A DNA stretch of 64,000 nucleotides from Alphaproteobacteria bacterium (GCA_963422645.2 CAXXVO010000013.1:1-64000), one strand, 5' to 3'; shown: positions 39,341-50,260, counted from the stretch's first letter. Program-made: numbers and translations. The notes: generated by a model not told the origin, from the letters alone.

Positions 39341-41257
39341 CCGCGCCTCCGGTGAAAGGCCGAGCTTGAGCGCGGGCGGCATGGTCTCCCACACCAGCTC
39401 GTCCCCCTCGCGATACCGCTGCTTCCAGTAGTCCCCCTCCCCGGCCTGCAGCGGCAGCCATAGCGGCTGCTCTGCGCCGGCGCGCAGATGGCTCCGAAGG
39501 GCCTCGGTCTCGCGCTCGTCGACCTCCAGCGTGCCCGGGTCGATCACGACGCCGAACCGCTCGCGCGCCGCCGCGACAGTCGCGAGCTCGTCCCGGACCA
39601 TCTCCTGCACCGATGAGGCGGGCCGGGCCAAGGGGTCGCCGTAGCCGCCGCCGCCCGTGGTGACGGTGACGTAGCGCTCGCCCTCGTGGATCACGTCGGG
39701 GTCGGGATGGCACATGTAGAAGCGGCGGGTTCCGTCCGCGCTCTCCTTGTACTTGCAGCCCCCGTTGCCGGGCAGTCCGCCGAACAGGCCGAAGGGCGGG
39801 TTGAAGGTGCCCTCGTACTCGAACTTCATGTAGAGGATGCCGTCGATCGGCCTCACGCTGGTCTCGATCCCGTGACCGCCGATCCAGGTGCCGGCGCCGG
39901 CGCTGTCGGCCAGGAACTCGTTGTATTCCACGAAGAGCGGCTGGAGCAGCTCGACCATCTCGACCGACTCCGTCTGCATGCCGCCCAGGCAGCAGACGCA
40001 CTGCGTGAGCGGCCAGCCGTCGGCGCCGCTGCAGGCCCCGCCGCCGGAGGCCGCAACGAAGATCGACGCGGCAAAGGGCACGGATGGCGTCACGCGGTTG
40101 TCGTCGCCCATGGAGAGCCGCTGCTGGCAGCGCCCCCAGCCCGCCGGCACGCGATCCGGCGCGGCCTGGGCCAGCGCCTTCCAGGCCGCTTCGATCAGGA
40201 TGTCGCCCGGATTGACGGTGCCCCACCAGGTGCTCGCGGGCCAGCGGGCGTTCGCCACCGAGCCCTCGGGCGCCGTGACGAGGATGTGGCGCGTGCAGCC
40301 CTCGTTGCGCGGGATGGTGGGGTCGATGATGGTGAGCACGGGAATGCTGCCGCAGGCCTGCATGGTCGCGATGGTCGCATTGCAGTGCCCCCCGGCCTGG
40401 GGATCGCTGCCCGTGTAGTCGACGTGGATCGTGTCGTCGTCGATGGTCACGGTGCACGCGATGCGGATGTTGTGCGTGCCCTGCCCGTCGCTGTCGATCC
40501 AGGATTCGCCTTCATAGACGCCGTCCGGGAGCGCGCGGATCTCCGCAGCCGTGCGCCGCTCGGCATAGGCGATCATCTCGGCAAGCGTCGGCACGACGAC
40601 ATCGACGCCGTGGGTCCCGGTCATGTCCTGGAGCCGGTCTGCTCCGGCACGAACCGCACCCACCATGGCCCTGAGGTCGGCTTCGAGCCATTCGGGAAGT
40701 CGGACATTGCGCAGGTAGAAACGGATCGTGCTGCGAATCTCGCGGCCGCGCTCGAAGATGCGCACAGGCGGAATCTGGATTCCGTCCTGCCACACGTTGG
40801 TCGAGGCGTAACCGAAGGAGGCTTCGCCGGTATTGTTCTGGTGAGCGCGCACCGCGGTCCAGAACAGGTGCTCGCCCTCGAAAAACACGGGCATGACGAC
40901 GGTCAGATCGGAGTTGTGGGTCGTCCCCATGTAGGGGTCGTTGATCATGAAGATATCGCCGTCGTTGACGTCGTCCTCGAACTCCTCCTTGATCGCCACG
41001 ATGTTGAGCGCGCCGCCGATGGTATGAATCGGCAGCGCGTCGTTCTGATACAGCATCTCGGCGGCGGCGGTGTAGATCGAGGCCGAGTGGTCGCGCGCGA
41101 TCGAGATGATGGTGCTGCGCGCGCCATGCTGGAGCACGGTCGTCATCTCGCTCGACGCCTCGCCGATGGCGTGGAGCAGGACGGAGAAGGTGACCGGGTC
41201 CACGCCCGGACTCATGGCCTGGGACCCGAGCGCGAGCGAGGTGTCGCGTGGCTGCAT
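39338..41257 (-). CDS. Hydantoinase B / oxoprolinase family protein, paralog 1
   Basis: DPVT, NDPY, IPPV, DLRAM, DYTGS, ADSAGAG, GGGGYGDP. Confidence 0.9.
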   Translation of the reverse strand: MQPRDTSLALGSQAMSPGVDPVTFSVLLHAIGEASSEMTTVLQHGARSTIISIARDHSASIYTAAAEMLYQNDALPIHTIGGALNIVAIKEEFEDDVNDGDIFMINDPYMGTTHNSDLTVVMPVFFEGEHLFWTAVRAHQNNTGEASFGYASTNVWQDGIQIPPVRIFERGREIRSTIRFYLRNVRLPEWLEADLRAMVGAVRAGADRLQDMTGTHGVDVVVPTLAEMIAYAERRTAAEIRALPDGVYEGESWIDSDGQGTHNIRIACTVTIDDDTIHVDYTGSDPQAGGHCNATIATMQACGSIPVLTIIDPTIPRNEGCTRHILVTAPEGSVANARWPASTWWGTVNPGDILIEAAWKALAQAAPDRVPAGWGRCQQRLSMGDDNRVTPSVPFAASIFVAASGGGACSGADGWPLTQCVCCLGGMQTESVEMVELLQPLFVEYNEFLADSAGAGTWIGGHGIETSVRPIDGILYMKFEYEGTFNPPFGLFGGLPGNGGCKYKESADGTRRFYMCHPDPDVIHEGERYVTVTTGGGGYGDPLARPASSVQEMVRDELATVAAARERFGVVIDPGTLEVDERETEALRSHLRAGAEQPLWLPLQAGEGDYWKQRYREGDELVWETMPPALKLGLSPEAR

Positions 41258-41275
41258 GGGCGCGCGTTGTCCGGC

Positions 41276-42052
41276 TCAGTGCAGCCGGGCCAGGTCCTCG
41301 ACCGATTCCTCCCCCGGCTGCTTGCCGAGGATGATCATGGAGAGCACCTGATCCTTGGTGACCTCGTCGGTGCGCCGCGTGCCCACCTCGCGGCCGCCGG
41401 ACATGACGAAGATGCGATCCGAGATATCGAAGACGTCGTGCAGATCGTGGCTGATCATGAACATGCCGATGCCTTCCTGCTTGAGCCGCAGGACCAGCTC
41501 CTTGAACGCCGCCGATTCGCGCAGGCCCAGCGCGGCCGTGGGCTCGTCCATGATCAAGACCCTGGCGTTGAAGTAGACCGCCCGCGCAATGGCGATGGTC
41601 TGACGCTGCCCGCCCGAAAGATTGAGCACGGGCGTTCCGAGGTTGGCGAACTGCGGGTTGATCCTCGCGATCACTTCGCGCGTCGCCTCGGCCATGGCCT
41701 TGTTGTCGAGCTTGCCGTATGGCGTCGTGATCTCCCGCCCGAGAAACAGATTGGCAGCGGCGTCGAGATTGTCGGCGAGCGCGAGGTTCTGGTAGAGGGT
41801 CTCGATCCCGAGCGCGCGCGCGACACGCGGATTGTCGATCGCGACCGGCTCGCCACGCATCAGAATGCTGCCGCTGTCCATGTTATGGGCGCCGGAAAGT
41901 ATCTTGATCAGGGTGGACTTGCCGGCGCCGTTGTGGCCAACGATGCCCAGCACCTCGCCCGCGCCCACGTGGACCGTCACGTCCTCCACCGCGTGCACGC
42001 CACCGAACGCCTTGGAGACGTTCTTCATCTCAACGAGCGGTGTGTCCACCAT
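41276..42052 (-). CDS. Sugar ABC transporter ATP-binding protein (single domain)
   Basis: [33 protein letters not shown]. Confidence 0.93.
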   Translation of the reverse strand: MVDTPLVEMKNVSKAFGGVHAVEDVTVHVGAGEVLGIVGHNGAGKSTLIKILSGAHNMDSGSILMRGEPVAIDNPRVARALGIETLYQNLALADNLDAAANLFLGREITTPYGKLDNKAMAEATREVIARINPQFANLGTPVLNLSGGQRQTIAIARAVYFNARVLIMDEPTAALGLRESAAFKELVLRLKQEGIGMFMISHDLHDVFDISDRIFVMSGGREVGTRRTDEVTKDQVLSMIILGKQPGEESVEDLARLH

Positions 42053-42105
42053 GGCTGGCCTCTCTTGCCTCTCTTATGCGGTCGTTTCGCGAAGGTCTCC
42101 CGGCA

Positions 42106-42813
42106 TCACTCCCGAATCTCCGTCGAGCGCTGCCAAGCGTCCTTGATCATCTCCACCGTGGCATCGGGGCGCCGCGCGGCCTCCAGTATAACCGCCTCCT
42201 TCCGCACCATGAGGTCGAGCTTGCCGAGCACGCCGCGCACAGCGTCGAGCGGAACCACGACGGCACCGTGCCGGTCGGCGTGCATCAGGTCGCCGTCCTG
42301 AACCACCATGCCGTGCACGTTGACCTCGCAGCCCCACTGCGCGACGTGAACGAACGCGTGGGAGGGCGCGATCAGGCCGGTCAGGACCTGGAAGTCGGGC
42401 GCCAGCATGTCGATGTCGCGGACGCTGCCGTTCGTCACCACGCCGCGGCACCCCAGCGCCTTGTGCACCGCACTGAAGACCTCGCCCCAGAACGCGCCGT
42501 AGCCGGGCCGCTCGTCGGTGTCCTGCACCACGCTGATTTTCGGCACCTCGCCCTCGGCCAGATAGTCGAAATAGCCCGCGCGGATCTCCATGTATTCCGC
42601 CGGGCTCCAGCGCGCGGGGTTCTTGGCCCGCATGGTGGCGGTCTTGGCGAAACCCACGATCGGCTTCATGTCGGGGTAGAGGCAATGGAGATGCTCGACC
42701 GTGTAGCCGTATCCGCGACGTTCCGGCACCACCATTTCGAGCAGGTTGCAGATGGTCGGGGTATCGATGTCGCGGAGCGCCTCGATCTCCGCAGCGGTGG
42801 GAACTTCGCTCAT
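42106..42813 (-). CDS. RraA family protein
   Basis: DTPTICN, AFWGEV, VTNGSVRD, HADRHGAVVVP. Confidence 0.88.
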   Translation of the reverse strand: MSEVPTAAEIEALRDIDTPTICNLLEMVVPERRGYGYTVEHLHCLYPDMKPIVGFAKTATMRAKNPARWSPAEYMEIRAGYFDYLAEGEVPKISVVQDTDERPGYGAFWGEVFSAVHKALGCRGVVTNGSVRDIDMLAPDFQVLTGLIAPSHAFVHVAQWGCEVNVHGMVVQDGDLMHADRHGAVVVPLDAVRGVLGKLDLMVRKEAVILEAARRPDATVEMIKDAWQRSTEIRE

Positions 42814-42848
42814 TCAACTCCCTTTCGGTTCGCGGTGAACGGGCGGGT

Positions 42849-43991
42849 TCACCAGGTCTGGCCACGCGCGTCGATGCGCCAGATATCCACCAGCCTGTCG
42901 CCACGCACACAGTGATAGAGGTCATGGAGATTGACGTTGGGGTCGCAGTGCGGCGTCACGCACGTGACCACCGAGCCGATGGGGGGACCGTTCGCACCTG
43001 CGGGCAGGACGATCCTGCCGTGCTCGTCCCCCATGAAGTCGTAAGTCGACCCCTCCGGCGCGCCGTCGGTGATTTCGGGCATGGGGCCGTCCGTTGCGAA
43101 GGCCTTGAAGCCGGCATCGGTGGTCACCGCCTCGGCGATGTTGGCGCAGATCACGGTCGACTGCACGAAGAGGGATGTCTCGAAGGGGCCCGGCGTGCCG
43201 TCCCGCCGCATCACGGCGTTGTACTGGACGTCCATGAAAATGAAGGAGCCGACCTGAAGGTCGGTGAAGACCCCTGCCTCCGGGTCGATATCGTAGGTTC
43301 CCGTGCCGCCGCCGGTGACGATGTCGAGCGGACCCGCCACGGCCTGGATCCCATCGCGGGCGTCGCCGATGCGTTGCATGACCGCCAGCGCTTCCTCCTC
43401 GCGCGCGTCGCAGTCTTCGATGTGTTGAAGGTGGCCCGCGTAGCACTGCAGTCCGCGCAGGATGAGGGAGGGCCGGGCCTTGATCTGCTCGGCAAGCGCC
43501 ACGGCGCCGGGGACGGTGGGGATGCCCGTGCGGTTGCGCCCGACGCCGAGGTCGATGACCACCTGCATGGGCTTGGCCCGTTCCGCGGCCAACGAAGCTA
43601 GAAGGTCGATCGTCTCGCTGTTGTCCACCACGAGGATCAGCTCCTCGGCCACGTCGTTCAGCGCCAGCACGCGCTCCAGCTTGTCGACGGTGACGATGGG
43701 CGACGTGATGAGGATGCGGGAGACGCCGCCTCGAATCATGGCGGCGGCCTCGCCGAGCTTGGCAACGCAAATGCCGACGGCGCCGGCGGCCATTTGACGC
43801 CGGGCGATCTCGGCGCACTTGTGGGTCTTGGCGTGGGGGCGGATGCTTTCGGGCCTACCCGCGAAGTGCGCCGCCATGGTGCCGAGATTGTGCTCGAACC
43901 GGTCGAGATCCAGCACCAGCGCCGGCGTTGCGAGGCGCGCGCGGGAGCCACTGACGCCGATCAGGTGTTCGTTGGGCCCGAGAGCCGTCAT
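42849..43991 (-). CDS. DSD1 family PLP-dependent enzyme (D-threonine aldolase / D-serine dehydratase / 3-hydroxy-D-aspartate aldolase-like)
   Basis: TPALVLD, RPHAKTHK (PLP Lys), YAGH, GGGTG, DEHG, PHCDP. Confidence 0.9.
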   Translation of the reverse strand: MTALGPNEHLIGVSGSRARLATPALVLDLDRFEHNLGTMAAHFAGRPESIRPHAKTHKCAEIARRQMAAGAVGICVAKLGEAAAMIRGGVSRILITSPIVTVDKLERVLALNDVAEELILVVDNSETIDLLASLAAERAKPMQVVIDLGVGRNRTGIPTVPGAVALAEQIKARPSLILRGLQCYAGHLQHIEDCDAREEEALAVMQRIGDARDGIQAVAGPLDIVTGGGTGTYDIDPEAGVFTDLQVGSFIFMDVQYNAVMRRDGTPGPFETSLFVQSTVICANIAEAVTTDAGFKAFATDGPMPEITDGAPEGSTYDFMGDEHGRIVLPAGANGPPIGSVVTCVTPHCDPNVNLHDLYHCVRGDRLVDIWRIDARGQTW

Positions 43992-44046
43992 GGCACACTC
44001 CTCGTTCCGTATTCCCCGCCGCAGCGCCGCATATTGCCGACGGTAC

Positions 44047-46002
44047 TCAACGTGCCTCCGGGGAGAGGCCGAGCTGGAGCGCAACGGGCGTTTCCTCGAC
44101 GACCAGCTCGTCGCCGTCGCGGAAACGGGTCTTCCAGAATTCGCCCGCGCCGGGGCCGGTCGGCAGACTGAGAGATCGATCCTGGGTTTCCCGCATGCGC
44201 CCGCGCAGCGCCTCGGTCTCCGCCTCGTCGACCACCAGCGTGTCCGGGTCGATCACCGCACCGAAACGCGCGCGTGCCATCTCGGCTGAGACGAGCTCGT
44301 CCCGCACCAGCTCGCGCACTGACTCCACCGGGCGCTCCAGCGCGCTGCCGTAGCCACCGCCGCCGGAGCTGATGCAGACATAGCGCTCGCCCTCGCGAAA
44401 GGCGTCGGGGTCCGGGTGCGCCTGGTAGAAGTAGCGCTTGCCGTCCGGCGTCTCCTTGTACTTGCAGCCGCCGTTGCCGGGCAGCCCGCCGAACAGGCCG
44501 AAGGGCGGATTGAGCGTCCCTTCGTACTCGAACTTCATGTAGAGCAGCCCGTAATAGGGCAGCACGACGGTCTCGCAGCCATGGCCGCCGATCCACTTCC
44601 CGGCGCCGGCGGAATCGATCAGGAACTGGTTGCTCTCGATAAAGAGCGGCTGGAGCAACTCGACCATCTCCACCGATTCGTTCTGCAGGCCGCCCAGCGC
44701 GCAGACGCATTGCGTCAGCGGCCAGCCGTCATAGCCCTTGGACCCGCCTCCGCCCGAGCCCGCGACGAAGATCGAGGCCGCAAAGGGGGTCGGCGGGTCG
44801 GTCCGGTAGTCGTCGCCCATCGAGAGCCGCTGCTGAATCCGCCCCCAGCCCGCCGGCACCCGGCCCGGCGCGGCCTGGGCCAGCGCCTTCCACGCCGCCT
44901 CGATCAGCTCGTCGCCGGGATTGGTGGTCGACCACCAGGTGCTCGACGGCCACTTGCCGAGCGCCACCGTGCCCTCGCGCGCCGAGACCCGGATATGGCG
45001 CATGCACCCCTCGTTGCGCGGAATGGTCGGGTCGATGGTGGTCAGCACCGGAATGCTGCCGTTGGCCTGCAGCGAAGCGAGCGAGGAGTTGCAGTGGCCG
45101 CCGACTTGCGGGTCGCTCTCCGAATAATCGACGTGCACCATGTCGTCCTCGATGGTGACGGTACACGCGATGCGGATGTCGTGCGTGCCCTGCCCGTCGC
45201 TGTCGATCCAGGATTCCCCCTTGTAGACGCCATCCGGGAGCGCGCGGATCTCCGCAGCCGTGCGCCGGTCCGAGTACTCGATCATCTCGGCCACCGTGGC
45301 GAGGACGCTCTCCACACCGTGGGTCTGGGTCATCTCGCGAAGCCGCGCCGCTCCGGTGCGCACCGAGCCCACCATGGCCCTGAGATCGGCCTCGAGCCAT
45401 TCGGGCAGGCGCACGTTGCGCAGGTAGAAGCGAATGATGCTGCGCACCTCCTTGCCACGCTCGAAGATGCGCACGGGCGGGATCTGGATCCCGTCCTGCC
45501 AGACGCTGGTGGACGCGTGCCCGAAGGAGGCTTCGCCCGTGTTGTTCTGATGCGCCCGGATCGAGGTCCAGAACAGGTGCCGGCCCTCGTGGAACACCGG
45601 CATGATCACCGTGAGATCGGAGTTGTGCGTCGTCCCCATGTAGGGGTCGTTGATCATGAAGATATCGCCCTCGTTGATGTCGTCGCCGAACTCGTCCACC
45701 GTTGCATCGATGTTGAGCGCGCCGCCGATCGTGTGGATCGGAAGGGCGTCGTTCTGGTAGAGCATCTGGGCCTCGGCGGTGTAAATCGAGGCCGAGTGGT
45801 CGCGCGCGATCGAGATGATGGTGCTGCGCGCGCCGCGCTGCAGGACCCGGGTCATCTCGTCGGAGGCCTGCCCGATCGCGTGCAGCAGCACGGAGAACAT
45901 GGTCGGGTCGATGCCTTCGGAAAGGCCATTCGTGCGACGACGCGGCCGCTCCTCGTGCGGCTCCTGCATTGCCTCGCCTTCCGTCAACTCGTTATAGGGC
46001 AT
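44047..46002 (-). CDS. Hydantoinase B / oxoprolinase family protein, paralog 2
   Basis: Collinear with and highly similar to 39338-41257. Confidence 0.9.
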   Translation of the reverse strand: MPYNELTEGEAMQEPHEERPRRRTNGLSEGIDPTMFSVLLHAIGQASDEMTRVLQRGARSTIISIARDHSASIYTAEAQMLYQNDALPIHTIGGALNIDATVDEFGDDINEGDIFMINDPYMGTTHNSDLTVIMPVFHEGRHLFWTSIRAHQNNTGEASFGHASTSVWQDGIQIPPVRIFERGKEVRSIIRFYLRNVRLPEWLEADLRAMVGSVRTGAARLREMTQTHGVESVLATVAEMIEYSDRRTAAEIRALPDGVYKGESWIDSDGQGTHDIRIACTVTIEDDMVHVDYSESDPQVGGHCNSSLASLQANGSIPVLTTIDPTIPRNEGCMRHIRVSAREGTVALGKWPSSTWWSTTNPGDELIEAAWKALAQAAPGRVPAGWGRIQQRLSMGDDYRTDPPTPFAASIFVAGSGGGGSKGYDGWPLTQCVCALGGLQNESVEMVELLQPLFIESNQFLIDSAGAGKWIGGHGCETVVLPYYGLLYMKFEYEGTLNPPFGLFGGLPGNGGCKYKETPDGKRYFYQAHPDPDAFREGERYVCISSGGGGYGSALERPVESVRELVRDELVSAEMARARFGAVIDPDTLVVDEAETEALRGRMRETQDRSLSLPTGPGAGEFWKTRFRDGDELVVEETPVALQLGLSPEAR

Positions 46003-48070
46003 CGCCGTTCACCCGATAGTCGTAGCCTGAAAGACTGACCCGCACGGCGTGACCGGGAAAGACGGTCACGCTCGTCGTCGGTTCCTCGATCACGGCCGCA
46101 CCGCGGATGACGTGGCCCGGCTCGAGCTGCATGCCGTCGTATACCGGTATCTCCATCGCCCCGCTCTCGCCGCCGAAATAGGCGGTGCGATGGCCGCTGA
46201 GCGCGGCGGCAGGGTCGGCCGACTCGCTGGCGCTCCGCCGCGGCGTCGGCATGCTGCTGCCCACCACGGCGTTCACGCGCCAGTGCAGGAAGTTGACCCG
46301 GTCCCCTTCCATCTTGAAGGTGTAGATCCGCTCGTGCTCGTCATCGAAGGCGCGGCGGAGGTCGGCCACATCCTCGAAGCGTCCCTTCGTGAGCGACACG
46401 ATTAATTCGTGCGCCTGCCCCCAGTAGGCGGCATCGTAGAACCACTGGAACTGGACCTCCTCCGTGGAGATCGCGCTTGCCGCGAGATCGCGCAGCGCGT
46501 CCTCTTCCATCTCGGCGAAAAGCCGGTTGACGGCATCGACGTCCACCGTGTTGGTATCGGTCGTGAACGTCCTGGTGTAGTCGAAGTTCACATCGACGAC
46601 GGTCATGCCGAAGGCGCTGTAGCCGCCCGCGACACGGGGGACGAAGGCGCGGTCGATCCCGAACTCGTCCGCGAGACTCCCCACCACTACGCCGCCGGCG
46701 CCCCCGCCCGCGATGAGGATGGTGCTGCGGGGGTCGACGCCGCGCTCGATCGAGACCGCCGCCATGGCCTTGACCATCTTGAAGTTGGCGAGGCGGAAGA
46801 TGCCGGCCGCGGCATCGACGATGCCAAGCCCCAGCGGTTGGGCCACGTCGGCGTCGATGGCTTCGAGCGCCTTGTCCCGGTCGAGCTTCAGGCGGCCGCC
46901 GAGGAAGGCGTCGGGATTGACGTAGCCGAGTGCGACGAAGGCGTCGGTCACGGTCGGCCTGGTCCCGCCCAGGCCGTAACACGCCGGTCCCGGATCGGCG
47001 CCGGCGCTGTGCGGCCCCACGGCGAGCGCGCCGCCGGCATCGATGGAGGCGATGCTTCCGCCGCCCGCGCCGATCGAGATGATGTCCGTGGCCAGCGAGC
47101 CGAGGGGCATCCCGGAGATCCTGAGACTGCGCGTAAGCGTCGGCAGCCCGCCCCGGATGAGCCCCACGTCGAAGCTCGTGCCCCCCATGTCGGCGCTGAT
47201 GACGTTGATCTCGCTGCGGGGGAAGAACTCGCTCGCCACCTGCACCGCGGCGGCAGGCGCTGCGGCAGGGCCCGAACCGATGCTCCGCGCCGGGTAATGC
47301 AGGATCCTGGCGATCGGTGCGCAGCCCCCGTTGCACTGGATGATCAGGGGCTCGGCGCTAAAGCCGTGGTCGGCGAGCCAGGTGCGCAGGCGTTCGAGAT
47401 ACCCCGCGATCGGCGGCAGCGTGTAGGCGCTCAGCACCGTCGCCGAGGTGCGGTCCCATTCGCGCAGCTGGGGCAGGATGTCGGAGCTGATCACCACCGG
47501 AACGCCCGGCATTTCCTCGGCGAGGATGGCGCGCGTGCGCTGCTCGTGCGCGGGATTGACCTGCGACCAGAGGAAGGCGACCGCCACGGCGTTCACACCC
47601 AACTCGTTGAAGCGTGCCGCCGCGGCGCGCACGTCCCCTTCGTCGAGGGGCGCGACCTCCTCGCCGCGAAAGTCGATGCGCCCGCCGATGCCGAGACGGC
47701 GATGCCGGGGAATCAGCGGTTTCGGCCGCGCCATGCGGATGTTGAACGGCTCCGGCTTGGTCCCGTCCATGAACTCGAGCACGTCGCGAAATCCCCGGGT
47801 CGCGAGCAGGCCCGCGACTGGGCCGTTGCGCTGGATGATGGCGTTGGTGCCGATGGTCGTGCCGTGAACGATGCGGCTGCATTGGGAAATGAAGGCCTGC
47901 TCGGAACAGCCCAGCTCCTGGCACGCCAGCGCGATGCCGCTGAGTATGCCCTGGAGCGGGTCCTCCCGATCGCTCAGCGTCTTGAAGACCTCGATCGCGC
48001 CGTCCTCTTCATCGGCGACCGTGATGTCGGTGAACGTGCCACCGATGTCGATGCCGACCCTGTAGGTCAT
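45992..48070 (-). CDS. Hydantoinase A / oxoprolinase family protein
   Basis: GIDIGGTFTD, HGTT..TN, SGPAA, DMGGTSFD, IGAGGGS, SAGADPGPACYG, PTVTDA. Confidence 0.93.
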   Translation of the reverse strand: MTYRVGIDIGGTFTDITVADEEDGAIEVFKTLSDREDPLQGILSGIALACQELGCSEQAFISQCSRIVHGTTIGTNAIIQRNGPVAGLLATRGFRDVLEFMDGTKPEPFNIRMARPKPLIPRHRRLGIGGRIDFRGEEVAPLDEGDVRAAAARFNELGVNAVAVAFLWSQVNPAHEQRTRAILAEEMPGVPVVISSDILPQLREWDRTSATVLSAYTLPPIAGYLERLRTWLADHGFSAEPLIIQCNGGCAPIARILHYPARSIGSGPAAAPAAAVQVASEFFPRSEINVISADMGGTSFDVGLIRGGLPTLTRSLRISGMPLGSLATDIISIGAGGGSIASIDAGGALAVGPHSAGADPGPACYGLGGTRPTVTDAFVALGYVNPDAFLGGRLKLDRDKALEAIDADVAQPLGLGIVDAAAGIFRLANFKMVKAMAAVSIERGVDPRSTILIAGGGAGGVVVGSLADEFGIDRAFVPRVAGGYSAFGMTVVDVNFDYTRTFTTDTNTVDVDAVNRLFAEMEEDALRDLAASAISTEEVQFQWFYDAAYWGQAHELIVSLTKGRFEDVADLRRAFDDEHERIYTFKMEGDRVNFLHWRVNAVVGSSMPTPRRSASESADPAAALSGHRTAYFGGESGAMEIPVYDGMQLEPGHVIRGAAVIEEPTTSVTVFPGHAVRVSLSGYDYRVNGDAL

Positions 48071-48105
48071 GGCTTGCCCCGGAAAGAAAGCATCGTGTCG
48101 GTCTC

Positions 48106-49149
48106 CTAGAAGCCGCCGGCGCGGGAGCGATTCTCGGTGCGGTTCATCCACACGCTGATCGACACCGTAATCAGCAGGATGCAGCCGATGATGAAGGGCT
48201 GCCAGAAGGGCGAGACCCCGTTCAGGTTGAGGCCGTTGCGGATGACGCCGAGCAGGATGACGCCGACGACCGTGCCGAGGATGGCGCCGTGGCCGCCGCC
48301 GAGCCTCGTGCCGCCGATGACGGTCGCCGTGATGGCGTCGATTTCGAGCCCGATTCCCGTGGTGGTGAGCGCGGTGCCGGTGCGCGCGGTGAACAGGAGG
48401 CCCGAGAGGCCGGCGAGGCCGCCCATCAGTGCGTAGCAGGTGATCACGACACGGCTGACCGGCACGCCGGAGAGTCGTGCAGCCTCCTCATTGCCGCCGA
48501 TGGCGTAGACCCAGCGCCCGAATTTCGCGTAGCGCAGGATGATCGACCCCATCACGACCGCGCCGATAAAGAAGAATCCGGCGACGGGGAAGCCACCGCC
48601 CACGCGGCCGAGCGCGAGCGTGGTGATCCACATCGCATCGCCTTCGGCGCGATGGATGGTGCCTTCGCTGGAGATCAGCACAAGGCCGCGCACCAGGCTC
48701 GCCATGGCGAGCGTCGCAATCAGCGGGTTGATGCCGATGCGGCTGATCAGGGTGCCGTTGAAGGCACCGAGGAGGGCGCCGGCGCCGATGCATGCGAGGC
48801 AGCCGAGCGCCAGGAACAGAGGCTCGCCGGTGCCGAACACGAGCACCGCGACGAGGCCGGTCACGGCGGCGATCGCGCCGATCGACAGGTCGAACCCGCC
48901 CAGGATCATGACCACCGTCATGCCGACGGCCGCCACGCCCACCATCGACGACTGGGCCAGGATGTTCGAGAGGTTCAGCGGGTTGCGAAAGGTCTCGTTG
49001 GTGGCGAGCAGGATGATCGCCGGCAGAAGCAGCGCGATCATGAAACCGTAGCGCCCGAGGAACGCCACCAAGGGCTTCAAGTGCACGGTTCCCCGCGCGC
49101 CGGACTCGGCGGGCTGACTATCCTGCGGGCTGCTCACCGCCGGCTCCAA
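48106..49149 (-). CDS. Sugar ABC transporter permease (RbsC-like)
   Basis: GGFDLSIG, FGRWVYAIGGNEEAARLSG, IGGTRLGGG. Confidence 0.92.
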   Translation of the reverse strand: MEPAVSSPQDSQPAESGARGTVHLKPLVAFLGRYGFMIALLLPAIILLATNETFRNPLNLSNILAQSSMVGVAAVGMTVVMILGGFDLSIGAIAAVTGLVAVLVFGTGEPLFLALGCLACIGAGALLGAFNGTLISRIGINPLIATLAMASLVRGLVLISSEGTIHRAEGDAMWITTLALGRVGGGFPVAGFFFIGAVVMGSIILRYAKFGRWVYAIGGNEEAARLSGVPVSRVVITCYALMGGLAGLSGLLFTARTGTALTTTGIGLEIDAITATVIGGTRLGGGHGAILGTVVGVILLGVIRNGLNLNGVSPFWQPFIIGCILLITVSISVWMNRTENRSRAGGF

Positions 49150-49291
49150 GACCTCGTGCGAATTGTGCGAAGGCCGCTGCTAGCGCATCGGTCGTGAGAA
49201 CGCCGTGCTCGATTGGGCAGAGAATGCGTGTGGGCAGCCGCCTGCCCGGCGACTGCCCACAATTCTGCCATTTGATATCCGGGACGAGACG

Positions 49292-50260
49292 CTAGAAGCC
49301 GCGCCCCTCGCACTCGGCGTAGTTGGCCTGCGTGCAGTTGAAGATCGGCGGGACCTGGGCAAAGTCCGGCAGCATGCTGAAGTCGCCGGCAGCCTGCATG
49401 GCGACCAGGCTGTCGACCACGAGCGCGCCCATGATCAGCGGATCCTGGTAGACGGCGCCGTACATCTTGCCGGCCCCGATGGCTTGCTCTTCGGCCTGGC
49501 ACAGGTCGATGGCGACGAACATGATCTCCGTGCGCCCCAGCCTCTGGGCCCAATCCAGCGACGGCGGAACCATGCAGTTCCCCATGCTGTTGACCAGGGT
49601 GACGCTGCCCGGAACCGGGAAGCGCTGGAGCATATCCTGGAAGCCGGTCAGCGCCTTGTCGGGCAGCCAGTCGGCGGTGACGTCGACCCAGTCGTGCTCG
49701 ACGCCGGAGGCCTCGAGCACTTCGCTCATGCCCTGCATGCGGCGCCGGTCGGGGCTGCCGCCGGCGGTGCCGCGGAACATGACGATGCGCTTCTCGCCCT
49801 CGACGGTCGCGAGCGCCTCAAGCATGAGGCGGGCCGACAGGCGCCCGTACTCGACATCGTCCACGCCGACGTAGGGAACGCCCTCGATCTCACCCAGCGC
49901 GCCCACCACCGGGATACCGGCATCGAGCGCTTCCTGCACGGCGGGAAGGACGCCTGCGATATCGATCGGCGCGATGGCGATCGCATCGACGCCCTGCACG
50001 ATGAACTCGCGAACGTTCTCGACCTGGACCGAGGCATCCCACTTGGGATCGCTGACGATGAGGTTGACGTTGGCCTTCTCGGCGGCGTCGCGCATGCCCT
50101 TGACCAGCGGCACCGCGAACGGCGTGGTCGAGACATCCCAAACGGTCACGCCCACGGTGAATTGATCCTCGCTTCGTGCGTCGTCCGGCGCAGCCGCGAC
50201 ACCGAAAACCAGTGCCGCAACACCCAGTGCGGCCGCGATATGCGAAACCTTCATTTTCAT
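49292..50260 (-). CDS. Sugar ABC transporter substrate-binding protein (RbsB-like)
   Basis: Signal peptide; QGVDAIAIAP, AGIPVV, YVGVDD, YQDP. Confidence 0.88.
   Translation of the reverse strand: MKMKVSHIAAALGVAALVFGVAAAPDDARSEDQFTVGVTVWDVSTTPFAVPLVKGMRDAAEKANVNLIVSDPKWDASVQVENVREFIVQGVDAIAIAPIDIAGVLPAVQEALDAGIPVVGALGEIEGVPYVGVDDVEYGRLSARLMLEALATVEGEKRIVMFRGTAGGSPDRRRMQGMSEVLEASGVEHDWVDVTADWLPDKALTGFQDMLQRFPVPGSVTLVNSMGNCMVPPSLDWAQRLGRTEIMFVAIDLCQAEEQAIGAGKMYGAVYQDPLIMGALVVDSLVAMQAAGDFSMLPDFAQVPPIFNCTQANYAECEGRGF

Noticed and set aside
39686-42301. Very long antisense ORFs (also 341-2266, 36120-38051, 44416-46038, 46409-48109)
   Set aside because: Shadow frames of high-GC genes on the opposite strand; no recognisable motifs.
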